The notes beneath the pieces are model-generated. The model searched no databases. It had not been told where the DNA came from and saw only the letters and a list, made by a program, of their open reading frames with translations. From Phoronis australis (lineage: Eukaryota > Animalia > Phoronida), in assembly GCA_002633005.1 (NCBI GenBank), contig NMRA01000114.1, positions 398,835-462,834 on the forward strand: DNA of 64,000 bases. The letters run 5' to 3'. This document shows, piece by piece, positions 1 to 14,400 of this stretch. Within the stretch, counting starts at the first letter, position 1; each line of letters starts with the position of its first letter. The position numbers and the translations under genes are program-made.

Positions 1-637
1 ACACACACACACACACACACATGCACATACAAGTCAAGTGATCACTTACGTCGTGTGACTTGTAACAGTTCCCTGGCTGAGAAAACCCCGGACGCCGCAA
101 TACTCTCGTTGCCAGATACTCCTGAGTGGATATTACGAGGAACTGCAATATTATTGCAAGACAGTAATACAAACGCCAACACTCACTAAATAGCACTTTT
201 CTTCAAAAGACTCACNTATTTCATTGAGTAAGCTTTCCCCAGAAATAGCCCAGAATTTACATGGGCGTGAAAATAAAGGGAAAACGTGTCAAAAATGGTT
301 CCACTCGTGCTAACCTAGAGCGCACTGGTACCAAAACTTAAACCAAACAGAGACAAATTTCTCAAGAGGCAACAACATGTTCTATTCTCTTCAGTGCTCT
401 CACATACATACACACATACACACACACGCACGCACACACACACACACATACAAGTCAAGTGATCACTTACGTCGTGTGACTTGTAACAGTTCCCTGGCTG
501 AGAAAACCCCGGACGCCGCAATACTCTCGTTGCCAGATACTCCTGAGTGGATATTACGAGGAACTGCAATATTATTGCAAGACAGTAATACAAACGCCAA
601 CACTCACTAAATAGCACTTTTCTTCAAAAGACTCACT
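1..637. repeat. ~215-bp direct duplication (1-215 vs ~423-637) with (CA)n head
   Basis: Near-identical sequence from catacaagtcaagtgatc to caaaagactcac; an N at 216 marks the end of the first copy. Confidence 0.85.
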
Positions 638-2491
638 AGAGGGCAACATCAGCATGACATTACCACGTGTCAAGTTACAACTGCTGAACGATGCGAATGA
701 CGCTTATACAGTGGATGTTTTTAATTTTTTTGGAACCCAGTCCATGACAATATTTCCAAAGTTACAGACAGTTTATGTCTTCATTTTCAAGCTCCCATGC
801 AGCTTACAAGATTCCGTTAAAATCTAACCAGAAATGGACCGAAAAAATATTGCCAAATTGGTAAATTTCCTTTTTCAAGGCTTCCAATGTTGATGTGAAT
901 GACCCTATTTTCTGAGTTGGTAGCTGCAGCATACAACTTAAAACGAAGTAATCGTCTGGTGCCCCTCAGCTTATATGAACAAACATTTCACTTGTGCCCC
1001 ATAGTGTCTCGTCGAGGCACAAAAAGAGGCACAAATAGTATCATTTTTTTATCTAAATCTGGTAGTCATTTTTAACAATTCAGAGCGGAAATTGAACCTT
1101 TGATGGTGACAATTACATTCCCACACTCAGTGTGAACCAGTGAACCTTTACATGCGCGTAGTAAAGCCCACGCGCCTATACTAAAAATAGCGTGCGTTTT
1201 CAAAAACATTAGTCTTGATCCCATGCCTCAATACTGTGATAAATAATGCAACCATAAAGGTTATTCTATATCTGACTAGCAGTTGAAATGCAGTGTTCAT
1301 TTAGGATACATCTTACGGTTACCTTTTATATCTTGTTCGTTGGGTGACACTTCTGTATAATCGTGAGGAACTGAAAAACATAGAGTAGTGTGCGATCACT
1401 GCATCAACTAATAAACACAGTGTACAGTTGATTTCTGGGTGAACATGTTGTTCATAGTTATCGGTTACAGTTGTTCAATAAAAGTATGTACATGAAAAAA
1501 CAGCCATAACTTCATGTAGATTTCAAATCCATCCAAAAATAGCCATGGAATGGAAATTATCTCAGACAGCAAAGATGCCATGTAAACAAATTGGAAAGCA
1601 CTAAGGAAAATGCAAATATACACCCAAAAGTTTGCCTGAAAAGTGTCAAAAACATCAGACGTTGTTGATGTTACAATTAAAGTGACTTGTGACTGGGATT
1701 ACCGTGACAACCCTTTGGCAGTCAGAAACAACTGGTCAGATACTTAAAAGGATACCAAAGCCAACTTTGGCTTATCAACAAACATCAAAAACGACGTTCC
1801 CATCCAGTTCTCTGAAATAAAATAATCCCCTGCAACCCTTGACAGCCTCCAAAAGTTTGGAGCAACATTGTGTAATACTTCACTGATTTTGAACAAAAAT
1901 AACAGTTGTATTTGTTTTCTTTCAGTTTCTCAAAGGCTGATTACCTTACTGCAGGAGGTTTATCAAACACTGTCCAGAGCAAAAAAAATTCTTAAAATTT
2001 GTCACGTCTATTGGCAATTTCCTTCATAACTGTGCACATAATGATCGAAAACTGTACAAAGAATGCGAGCTATTCAACAGAAAATACACTAGTGTCTTTA
2101 ATAAAGCCTGTGTTAACAAAGGGATGATGTATGAATATATTTCAAGTTCTATAATTTTAATTGGAAAGCCACAGATTATTTCATCAAACAATACTTTAAA
2201 TGTTGTGAATAATAAAACCAATCGTAACACTAACACATGTAGAGACAATAATTTTAATACAGTGCTTGACATAGGCGAAAATGTCCACTCAAAATATGAC
2301 TTACTTTCCACTCCTAATCCTGGATTTTGGCTCGTAAACAGTGGCAACACAAAAAAAGAAAAAAAAACGCCAGACTTTGGCTCATTGCCAGTATGAGTGA
2401 TGCCAATTTTCTACTAGGACATTTTCCACTCGTAGTTTTTACCGTTAACTTGCCTATGTCGAGCCTTGATAATGTCAACGTCACAACCTAC

Positions 2492-5400
2492 CATAGCTGT
2501 GAATGAAGTTAGCAAGGTAGAGGTCTAACTCCCGCACGGCCACGCTGATGTGATGCGGGTTGACGCACAGATTGGGATACAAGCAGTCGGCCGCCTTCTC
2601 TAAACGTTCTCCATCCGTGCTCTCTAGGGGGATCGCTTTGAACAAGATCACCATCACGAGGTCCAACCTCCACACCTTGAAAATACCAAGAGCACCAGTG
2701 TTACAGTAATAACATCGCGTTTACATGAGAGCCTTGACACTGACGACAATTCAAATACTGCGTTTACACGAGTTTTGAGAAAGAGGAAATCAATACTGAA
2801 ACAAGATGACTCGTGACAGCTTATACAACCATATCTCTAACAGAAACAGCTTTATGCAAGCACACAATCCAAAAAAAATATTTAAATAAGGTCAACTGGG
2901 ATGAGGGTTTTACCATGACAGTTTCTTCTAGGTCATAGTAGTTTTTAAGCCCATAGTACTTATACCAGTAATGGTAATGACAGCGGTAAAGGTGCCTAAT
3001 AAATCTGTATTTCTAAAGAGCGTCAATGGGTAGTAATTTATAATGACACCTTAAAAATAACATCATATAATGACAGATCTACCGGTATACACATAAAAAA
3101 GTGAAAAGCATTGGCCACAAAATTTACCTTATCAGCCTGTCGCAGACAATCGATACGCCTCATCTTGCCCTTCTGGTCGGGGTTACTCAGTACACAACAT
3201 GGCGACCTCTTGCCCGTGATGCTGAGTACGAAGTCTTCGCGATACTCTTGCTTAATGTCCTTACGCAGCTTGGCAAGCAGACGTGATGCCCATTTGTGCT
3301 TTACCTCCATCTTCTCATTCTGTAAGGCCAAACAAACAGATATCTTGATTCTATAACAACTTGGCTCTGATTCTGTGAAGCTATAACAAGGTCAGGTTCC
3401 GTGAAACAATCCACTCATAAGGAAATGCTGCAAGAAAACCTGCCTGATGCTATAGTAACAGTAAGTTTTCCATCTAAGCTGAACATTCCAGCCTCGCCAT
3501 CCAATGCCTTCAGAGCTGGCAATATTGCAAGCGGTAGCTAGTTTTGACTAATGTCAGCTTAATATTGTGAAATTGTGTCCTCCCTTAACGCGAAAACGTG
3601 TACATAAAACATAGACAAATCAACAGATGAGAAATTGACCTGGGCCCAGTATCTAAAATTTGAAGTTGAAACTCCACTTGAAAATTGACCAATTGCACGA
3701 CATGCTTCAAGAAAACTAACTAACTTGTACTCAAAGTCTGAATTCATCGATTAGGGCCCTGGGTCCTGAACATTTGACCACTTGGTACCACCCTAGAAAA
3801 GCTAGGCCATGTGCAAAATCTCATGTGCGTATATCAGAGCACAGATCCTTAAATGGTTAAATGCACTACGAACCAATTTTTGCTTAAAATCCCATGTATA
3901 CCTGCAGTTCCTCCTTGACCCTTCTTTCCTCATCCATCGACATGCGTTTGTCATGTTTCTTGTAGAACTTCCGCTTGGCCGCTTGAAGGTTGAACCATGT
4001 GAAAGAGAAAGACTTGACATGAGGCAGTAGAGCCTCAATAAACGGGTGAAACTCATCCTGAAACAACACAATAGTCACATATAACTAGGTCAGCAGAGAC
4101 GGGTTCACATGAGGCAGTAGAGCCTCAATAAACAGGTGAAACTCATCCTGAAACAACACAATAGTCACATGTGACTAGGTAAGCAGAGACGGGTTCACAT
4201 GAGGCAGTAGAGCCTCAATAAACGGGTGAAACTCATCCTGAAACAACACAATAGTCACATGTGACTAGGTCAGCAGAGACGGGTTCACATGAGGCAGTAG
4301 AGCCTCAATAAACGGGTGAAACTCATCCTGAAACAACACAATAGTCACATGTGACTAGGTCAGCAGAGACGGGTTCACATGAGGCAGTAGAGCCTCAATA
4401 AACGGGTGAAACTCATCCTGAAACAACACAATAGTCACATGTGACTAGGTCAGCAGAGACGGGTTCACATGAGGCAGTAGAGCCTCAATAAACGGGTGAA
4501 ACTCATCCTGAAACAACACAATAGTCACATGTGACTAGGTCAGCAGAGACGGGTTCACATGAAGCAAGAGTCCCTCAATAAGCGGTTAAAACTTGTCCCG
4601 AAAAGACAAGGTAGTAATGTGACTTGAGGTGAGTAAAGGGTTCGCACGGGACAAGAGTTTCCCCATTAAACAGTGAAACTCATCTTGAAACAACACGACA
4701 GTCATGTATCTGACTTAAGGTCAGTAGAAGCGTTTACATGAGGTAGAAGACCTCCAATGAGTGAAACTCTTTCTGAAACAACAAGGTAGTCACATTATTT
4801 TAGGTGAGCAGACGGAGAAGGGTTCACATGAGGCAAGAGTTCCCCCATCAGCAGACAAAACTCATCCCAAAACAACACAGCAGTGACACGACCACAGTAC
4901 ACGAGGAAGACTTCCCTAAAAATGGAAAAGGGACTCACTAAATGCCAGGCATTCATCATAACAAAATTATGTGCCTGTAACAAAAGTGATCTTTCATTGT
5001 CTCCTGATGCAGTCACTGAACGGAGTGGAACCTTATTAAGTGGACACCTTTTTACGCTATGCATGGCAGCAAGAGCTGTACACTTAATAAAAAGTTGGAG
5101 GTAATTATTCATTTATTCCACACACAAAAATAATGTCAATAGTCCGCTATCACGTGCCCACATTTTGACAACCAGTTTTTATGCCTGTTAAAGATGTCAA
5201 AGGCTGAATACCTTGCTACACATAATGGAAATAATAATAATAATAATAATAATCCTTACAAAATGTTTTAAAAGGTCTCATGGTACAGACCAACAGGTTA
5301 TTGGACCAAAAAATCTTAAATCTTGAATTGAGTAGAAAAATTTGACAAAATGAAATTTTACTTGTCAACAATATTGGGCACTATATTGTGCACTACATTG

Positions 5401-8400
5401 TGCACTATATTGTGCACTACATTGTGCACTATATTGTGCACTATATTGTGCACTATATTGCCGGTAGGTGAAAAATTATCATTTTCTTAGAGGTCAGGCT
5501 CTACAACTCATCCGCATGGTGCTTGACCAAAGATGAAAAATATAATATGCATCTCAATCAAGGCATTAGGTTTCCCAGGTAAGGCTTGCATTGGAAAGCT
5601 TCAGGTTGCCAATGCTATAGAATATTCACCTTTACCCAATAGAGGTCACTAGTCACGGACAGGAAGTGGATTCCACGACTAACGAGTCTCGCTAAATTAA
5701 AGCATTCTCTCTCTCTGGACATTGTATGGACATTTTTAGAGGTATAAGCTATTAATGCCTATTAATTTTACGTTCATTTTCCTCACATTTTAGTGAAGGC
5801 TATCCTTCTCTTTGTTGTAGATCGTCTTCATTCCAAGACGCACTGAATCGTTGAAATAAAGCTCGAAAAAGTTCAAATACTTATCTAAATGCAACCTCAG
5901 ATTTTGTCACCACAAAGTCACCAATCTAAGTTCAGCCAGAAATAAATTGATAAGAGATAGAATTTTTCAATAACAACTGACATAGCCCAACTACGAGCCA
6001 TATACAGTTTTCTGATCATCTGCCTTAGATGGAACTGAAAGAAAACCCCAAAACCACCCAACAGCGACTCTTTCTCCAGTTGATGAAAAAATATGGATGC
6101 TGTAACAGCATAGATGCCCATAATGTTTTCTTACTGTTTTAGTCAAACAGGAAAACATATATTTTCTAACACTGCATCACCATTCCAGTGTTTTCCTGCT
6201 TTTAGTGACCTCTTTTCTAATTAGTGACCTCTTTCCTAATTGGCGACCTCTTTTCTAATTGATGACCTCATTTCCTATTTGCCAGGTTGTATTTGATGAC
6301 TTCAAGTTATGCTAAGCGGCCTTGAAGGGTAATAATTTTACCTTCAATCAAACGAGTGACAAAATAATTTAATCAGAACAAACGAACCCCTGAATACCTT
6401 CCCAGAAAAGGTCAAGGCCATCATGTGAAATTAACAGGCACCACAGAGGTACGTGATGCATTTCATACATTATAGGAATGTGTACCAGAAAAACACATAA
6501 ATAAAATGCTGGGATGAACAAGAACAAGATAAATATAAGGTAGTTACCAGTCCCTCATCACGAACATCTCACAAACATCAGTGGTTTAACAAAAAAGTGA
6601 AAGAAAATAACTGTGGTACGTGACAAAAAAGATATGTTTGTGAGAAAAGAATTTGGATGCGTGAGAACTGAAATACAGCTCATGAGAAGTGTTCGTGAAA
6701 AGAGAATGCGTTCGTGAGAAAAGAAGGCTTTGGGTGAGAACATTTGAGTGGTTCATGTGAAGGGTTGACTGAGAAACCATTCATGTGAAATGTTTCAAGG
6801 CCACATACCTGGCCTCCTAATCAGCAGATTGTTTAATCATGTCTTAATACTTGGAAGCCATGGCTTGTTATCACACTAAAAAGCAACTGAAACTGCAGGG
6901 AAGTTTGTAACAGGTGGAATGATGTAAGAAAATGGGACAACCCCCTGAGGCACTTGAATCAATAATATAACTAAAATTAATAAGCACACAGGGGATTAAT
7001 GTCATAAAAAATCCAAAGCAGATGAATAAGTTGTACAACACCTACACATAACTACAGTAATATCCAGGTATTCCAAAAATATCTACCATACAGTGCTAAA
7101 AGATATTGCAAGCAGTTTAAAGCCTAATTTGTAGCTCTGCTCATCTCTGAATCTAAAGTACACTAGAGGGCACCTCGACGATAATGTCGAAAGGACAGAG
7201 GCCCGCAATAGTCGTCGAAAAGAAATGGCATGAAATCGATTTCTGTTTTATTGGTCATCCCCAAATGGGGTGTGGGGCTCAGGAGACCAGTACACCAAGC
7301 CACACACGGGTGATTAGGCCAAGACCATTGCCGAAAACCACCCACGGGCAACAGCCAACAGGTAGTAACAGTCATCAGAGCTACTGGTGACGCAAATTTT
7401 GAAAATCATCTGCAGGATAGGACGACGGTGTGATGTCACAGTCGTTAGCCAGCTTTTACACATTACCGACTCTTGAAAGTCTGCCAAGCAAGAAACATTC
7501 ACAGCCTGACAAGACTAATTCACGGCCATCCTTCATGGCTTCCCACAAGGTGATTTCACTTTGGATGCTACCTTAAACAAAACAGAGCTTAAATCATAGG
7601 ACAGGGCAATGAAACACAATTACAAGGAAATAGCCACCACCTACAGTGCAGGTCACTGGGTCAACAAAGGTCATACAGGCAAGAGATGATCAGGCCAGAC
7701 ACACAGGTTTATCACCAAGCTAAGACCATCCTTGTGTAGTGACTGAGTAGTCCTTATCATGTATTTTCCAACATAAGCAAATAGAAAGCTCAACAAGCAC
7801 CTTCACAACCAGACCCATACTCCAAATGCTTCACAACTTGAAAGTCAGACAGAAGCTTCATAGAAATGATTCTCTAAAGTCTAGGTCATCACCTGCAGCA
7901 ACCCAACTGTAACCAAAACGTTAATGGTAAAACCTACAAGACTCCATCTGAACCACGGTTCCATGTCGGCAGCCAGCACCAAGCTCAACCAAAGCTCAAC
8001 ACACGCCAATTGAACAGGCGCATTCCTGAAGAACTCCTATACTACTGCACCCAAATAACAGTTCATAACTAACCAACCAACCAGGATGATTTTTTACCAA
8101 CAGTCGATGAACGAATTAACATAGTGCACACGACTACCTGATCACAGTAAGTATAGCAAGAAACAGTGGACAATTAGATGATGACCACAGAACAGATGGG
8201 CATCATTGCTACACCAGGTAAACAGGAAGTAGCTCCCCATGACAAGGCTAAATGAGTGCAAAAACTTACAGCACCTGAGGTTAGACTTAAAAGTCTCCAA
8301 ATACGAAAGCTTTATTACAAGTTGCTGTTATAAATTATGATTTTAATTATAATCAATTGTTTATAGTCGTTAATTAAGGTATCGTTTCCATTAACCATCT

Positions 8401-11400
8401 TTGCAGCTGCACCTTCATTTCTGTCACTGATGCCCAGATCATCAACTTCAAAACATTGTAATAAAATGTAACACAGTATTCAAAATGATACTACCTTGTT
8501 GCTTCTAAACCACTGTTTGTTCCTGAAACTGTGCGAAATGAAATATGGCCGTCAGATTTAAAGTTCCAAATGAGTTCAGTGTCATCTTTGGACAACATTG
8601 TGTTGGTTCTCGTTCTGGGACGGAAAACTTTTTCTAACACGACGCGGTAGCATTCAATGAGAAGATTCATTCTGGGTATTCCAGTCAACATTTTGTGATT
8701 TCGAGACCAGCAGTCTATTTATTGACTGATCTTGTTTTCTTCATCTTTAAAGTACCATCCACACACAGCCTACCCTAGAACAACTTGCACTAGTGCAACT
8801 TACCCCACTTTAAGTGGAGCGTCCACACAACATATCCGATAACTAGGGTAAGGCCGAAGTTGTCGCTCTGTGCGTGACAATGAACACCTAATGCAAGTAC
8901 GGCGCGCAAAAAAATCTGTATGTAACCACAGGTGATAATTACGTCCGCCGTACCCCACTTTTGTGGACACACAGCAATTACAAGTGGCGCAAGTTACCCT
9001 AGAACAAGTTGCCTACCTCGATGAGGTGGAGTAAGTTGTCACAAGTGGGGTAAGTTGCACTTTAAATAGCGTCAATACAGCACTCTAACCTTAAGTAGTG
9101 CCAACTCGTTTCAGGAGTAAATTCTTTCTGGGTAAGTTCGTGGGGACAGCAGCTAAGAGTCACTGTCATACAAATCACAATCTGTTTAAGATAATGGGGA
9201 AAAATGAAACCAGTTAAAATGCAAGTGGCCATCAATACCGAAAATCCATGACATATAAAATACGTAAATTACCAACTTTATCAGATAACCTGGTAACTGT
9301 TCATGGAAAAACTTAATTTGAAAACTGAAACCCATTACAAGAACCCAAAACAAGTTTAAACATGCTTCATGGAGATTTAAGAAAATTCATTATATTCAAA
9401 GTGTCAATTCCAAAAAACATTAAGACATCAAAAAAGAACATGAAACACCACTGGTCCAAGAATCAACCTCTTAAGCAAGATTACAAAACACTGAATCACA
9501 CTTAAATTAGCACCAAATGTTTGCCCGTCACTGAACTCTTGACGCACCTAAAATGTACTGAAGGGTCACTGAGCAACCCCGAGAAAAATAAGTTCAATAA
9601 TAATTCCCCCCAGACACTTCAAGATATCAACAGTTAATTCTCGAGTAAAGAAAACTCAGTTCACAGAGACTGTAATAACTACTTGTCTCCTTACTTTTTC
9701 CAAAGATTTTTATGATGTTGCTCCTAATGAATAAATTTTTACCAATGCCCCAAATTACCAGACTGTAAACATACATTTTAGGAGGTAAAATTCTCATGAT
9801 GCGGGCGTTCACTAAGACACTGGAATTCTGAAGAAGGTCTCCAAGTATAAATTTGGGTTGAAGGTTAAGCTGAACAGGGGTGGTAAGAACGGAAAATTTT
9901 GAAATTTTGAGGGTGGGCATCAAGCCAGACTTAAGTGTAAACGAAGGCATATCAAATGCACATGCGCAGTTTATTAAACTAGGCTGCCAGCTTTTCCTAA
10001 AATAAAAAATAAAACAAATTAAATTACGGAGCAGAGAGAAAAAAGTAAACCTATGCTGAAATTGAACACTGGGTCTCTTTTTAAATGCACAGTAAATAAA
10101 TTTAGATACCCCACACTTCAGTTTAGTTCTCCTGTAGTTTTCCATTACATCAGGTTTACAAATTTGTCTACACTTGGTGCCAAACAATATCTTTCAGGAA
10201 GATACCTGTCTCTTAGATTGTGAAAGGGACAGTCTAAGCGAAAGTGAAACTCACACCCAATGTTAGGATGAACACAAACAGGACACAGCCTCTCATGTCC
10301 AGGGTGACCCAACTGTCTGCCTACTTCAATCTAACTGAGCTTCAATCATCAATGAATGCTCAAAACATCTGTAATTTGAGCTCTATCTATGCACTAACAT
10401 ATCAAACCTACTATACCCAGTAAATCTCTCTGCCCATGTCTGCTGGCCAATACATAAACAAGAGACACTGAGTGTACATACCAAATGAAACATTTTACCC
10501 CAGGATTGTTCAAAGCTTCATACAACCAAACTCAAAGGACTCGTCACTTTCACAAATTCTCAAATAGTCTGACATCTAGAAAAACAGAAATGCAGAAGAA
10601 ATTTCAACCATTGCCAATGGGAAGAAGCCCAGAGGCATAATAAAACAGCTTTAGTCAAGACATCTAAAGGCCTGACTTTTGAACTCATTTGAACTCAGCT
10701 ATCAAAATTGTTTACATAACCGCTTCTAAGAATTTCAATGATCTATTTTCAAGAGTACTTGGGTTCCCCCAAAATTTTCAAGAACACTATGCTGCACAGA
10801 CGAAAATATTCAAAATTTGATCACGTGTTTGTTGATCAACCTGCTGTACTACATAAAATTTTATATAATCAACTAAAATTGTCTTCTTCTGTACTCTTGT
10901 TGAAAATTTTGAAAAAAAATGAAATGTTTCTCTTCCGCCATATGTGTTCTTACTTGAAGAAACCTTGCTGTCGATGGATATGTTGCAGCTATGTGTATGA
11001 AATAATCAAGTTGTCACTGAACTTTCAAATGTCAGAGAAGTGGACAATGATCAGCCCTAGACATTGTCTTGGTGGTGACTTTTCTAGCAGGAGACATTTC
11101 TTCACTAAAACAGAAAATCACCACTGCAAGAACCATACTAGGTTCACAAGACAGGTCACTGACTGCCGACTGTGGGAAGTGACCTACTTTTGTGCAGGTG
11201 TTGGTGTGCAATATAAGATTCATGCTGGTGGTGTTGGCAGATGTACGGTAATTCTCCACTTCTTTAGTACACTCACCTTATTTCGCACGCAAAAGTTGTT
11301 TTGAAAAATAACTTATTTTGTACCTCACTCGTTTCACAATTCCATGTCTCAACTAATTCACACACAGACTCAGTTTTGCACTTTGGAAAATGTCAACCCA

Positions 11401-14400
11401 AAGCCCAGTCACTAATTCTACTAACGCACATCTCTGAAACTATGTACCGAGGTCTGGGCATATTCATCACTCATTTCATTCACACTGGATACCTCACGGT
11501 GTTCACATGCAGTGAAAGGGGTGACCTGGATGAGTGTCATAAGCTCAAAAGAGTGTTACATCAATGATGGGGTAAAGTACTTAGACTGGAACAGGACAAA
11601 GCAACTTCACTACTGTTCATTGGATCACATTGGTGCATTTCGTTCAATTCACAAATGATGGGCAGTTGGTGATGCTTAGTTACTCAATAAATCTGCCAAC
11701 TACGAAGTCTGTAAAGTCTATCTAGCACACACCACTATCAGGAAAATATTATTTAATTTACTTAATGCAAAATAATGAAGAATTACCAGAATAAATGACA
11801 TCAGATCAAAAAACTGTTCAAGTTTGCGCTGCAAATCATACTCTCACAAGAACAATCAATTAATGGAAAACAAGCACTGTTCACATACCAGGTCAACTTG
11901 AATATTGTAATTGCTAAACCTACACAGCAATATCAAACAAAAAATATGTAAGAAATCGGGTTTCTGTTCAGAGATGAGCCCCAGAAGCAGCCAATGAACT
12001 CCACAGTACATAAATAACAACAGCAGGTCACTTTGTAAAAACATTCCAGACTTTCTAAGATGGTGCTCCTACCGCCATTAAAAAACTGAAATCAAACAAT
12101 TCTTGAATTTGACCAAAAACCCTCCAAATTATCCCATATCCATCAATCCAAAACCCAACTCTGAATGACATAATGTGACCTGTACATGCTATTAACCATA
12201 AATATTTCCCTGAACAACCATAATAATCAGGGTCACCCAAGATAATCTCCTTTTAAATCATAAGGTAACCATCCCAATCTTGTTATTCCAACTCACTGCA
12301 CACTGACATAACAAATCAGGACAGTAAACAAGTTTTGATATCTTCCAAACTGAACTTTTGCTTTCCAAAACAAAAGAAACCTAGTGCACCAAATCAAAAT
12401 ATTACATAGTGGTAGAAACAAAGTTTACAGTGACCAAAGGGCTGAGTTCATCAACAATGTCAGCCAGGCACCCAGCATATCTCCTGAGGCTTTTTTGTGG
12501 TTTTGATTAAAACCAGAAAGCTAAAGGTATGACTAAGAAGACCTAGTTGGTTTACACACGTGCCAAGTGAGCAAGCTAAAGTCTTTCACAAGAAACCCTG
12601 CACCAGCATTTAATGAACTGTGTATTTCCCAAGAAAGAACTCCTGTGGGGGGCCCTTTTGGAAATAAGGCTCAAAAAGTACCCATAGGAGCTCTTTCATG
12701 ATTATTTTGCATATACAAGGCACAGAGGACATAGTTTGAACATTTGAGTAACAAATGTACTTAATTTCTAAATGTCTGGTTCTTAAAACGACCATTCAAG
12801 TTGATCATTTCTCAACTAACGCGTTACTTGAATTTTCTTTCAGTGGTTGAACTGCTGAAAAAGTATTTCAATCTATGAGTGACCATAGTCGCGGACCTTG
12901 TGGTTTACAGTGCAAGCTTCTTAACTGAACAGAGCCTCATCGGTTTTTTAGAAAGAACCCCTGGGAGCTTTTAAGAATGCGAATAACTTCATGAAATTTG
13001 ACTTTTCCAATATGACTGTTCAGGTTCCTACACCAATTGTCAAATTAATGACCACGGACAAAATTCATGAAATGTACCCGAAAACAGTGATGCATGCTGT
13101 TTAAATTACATGATAACTGTGACGACTGAAATGATTTGACAAGTGCGTTAACTTTTGACACAAAACTTGGTTGAAAGCACATGATGACCTGTTTTAGCAC
13201 CTACTTAACTGGTACAGTGAAATGTCACCAATTTTAGACAAAAATAATAATTAAAACTGCCCTTTTCTCGTTGTTAAAGGGCATGTATCATTGTAGTAAA
13301 GGCTCACAATTTCCCATAATATTGTATCATGGTAATAATATTGTGTCATGGTAATAATATTGTATCATGGTAGCCAAGGTACATAACTTGAAGACAGAAA
13401 AGCATTATTTTGGTGGTACATTCCTTTCGTGGAAAAATAAGAAAATGAAATTTCCCATGTCGGCCATACTTGTGTCCTAAATTAGTGATTTTTACAGTAC
13501 TCTCGGAAACCGTATCAAATTACAGGTAACCGCTCCAACTAAAAGGTGAAGGTCCCATGCGTACCCAAGAGTTCATCAAGTGACAAAAATGTTCCCCAAG
13601 AACATTCTAGAGCAAAACGTGGAAAACAAAAATGGTACCTCAACCAAAATAAAACAGCACTACTTTTCATGTCATGGCAAAATGCACCACCATTTGACCC
13701 TAACATAAAAACAACTTCAACTGTCTCCATGGTAACCATTCTTGATTAGATCAGCTGACTGTGTTTTTGCTGCATACCATGATGATCAGCTGACTGAAAA
13801 CAGGGTGTTTGAAAACAATCGAGTTCGCTGAGAAAAACTTCACTTAGAAAAACTTCTTAAACGTGCAAAATGCAGTGCAGTAATACAAACAGAATTACAA
13901 ATTGACTTTTTTGAGAACTAGGCGCATTTTACCATTTAATCTACAAATAGCAATTATGGAAAAAAGATGAAGTAAAACCATCAAAGCAGAATTTTAAAAT
14001 AAAATTCCAAAAGTGGTTAGCGAGCTACAAGACACCTTGTAGATACTTGATCTTTGGACTTTCCAGTGATTCACATGTAAACAAGTGGAAGGGGATGGTT
14101 GCATGGTATTATGTGAACAAGTCTGGTTACCTACAGCACACAACACCAGGGCATTCACCCAGCTACCATAGTGGCTCAATTGGAAACAACAAAGATGGAA
14201 AATGTTATCAGATGAAAATAAATTAGACGACAGCCGATATCTGACTGTTAAAAACTGTTTACCCACAGGATATCACCATCCACTCAATGACCTGATTAGA
14301 GAGTAGGTTTAAAAGTGCATTAAAAGTACACAAGAGGTCTTAGAAGGCTTCCAACACTAACACCTACACAGTAGGATAAAACCTCACCAACTTAGGACAA

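Noticed and set aside
1-637. Duplicated 215-bp block and ORFs 315-617 / 377-610 as functional
   Set aside because: The ORFs read through a CA microsatellite, and the N at the junction suggests an assembly join artefact.
3890-3901. U12-type intron at the NFI donor GTATAC
   Set aside because: It does not match the GTATCCTT consensus; an ordinary U2 intron.
4019-4890. CRISPR-like array (regular period, palindrome, polar decay)
   Set aside because: There are no unique spacers and no cas genes; the unit is a copy of a eukaryotic exon junction.
9627-11304. Longest intronic ORFs (186 and 188 aa)
   Set aside because: No recognisable domain, AT-rich composition and no splice support; probably chance ORFs or repeat remnants.
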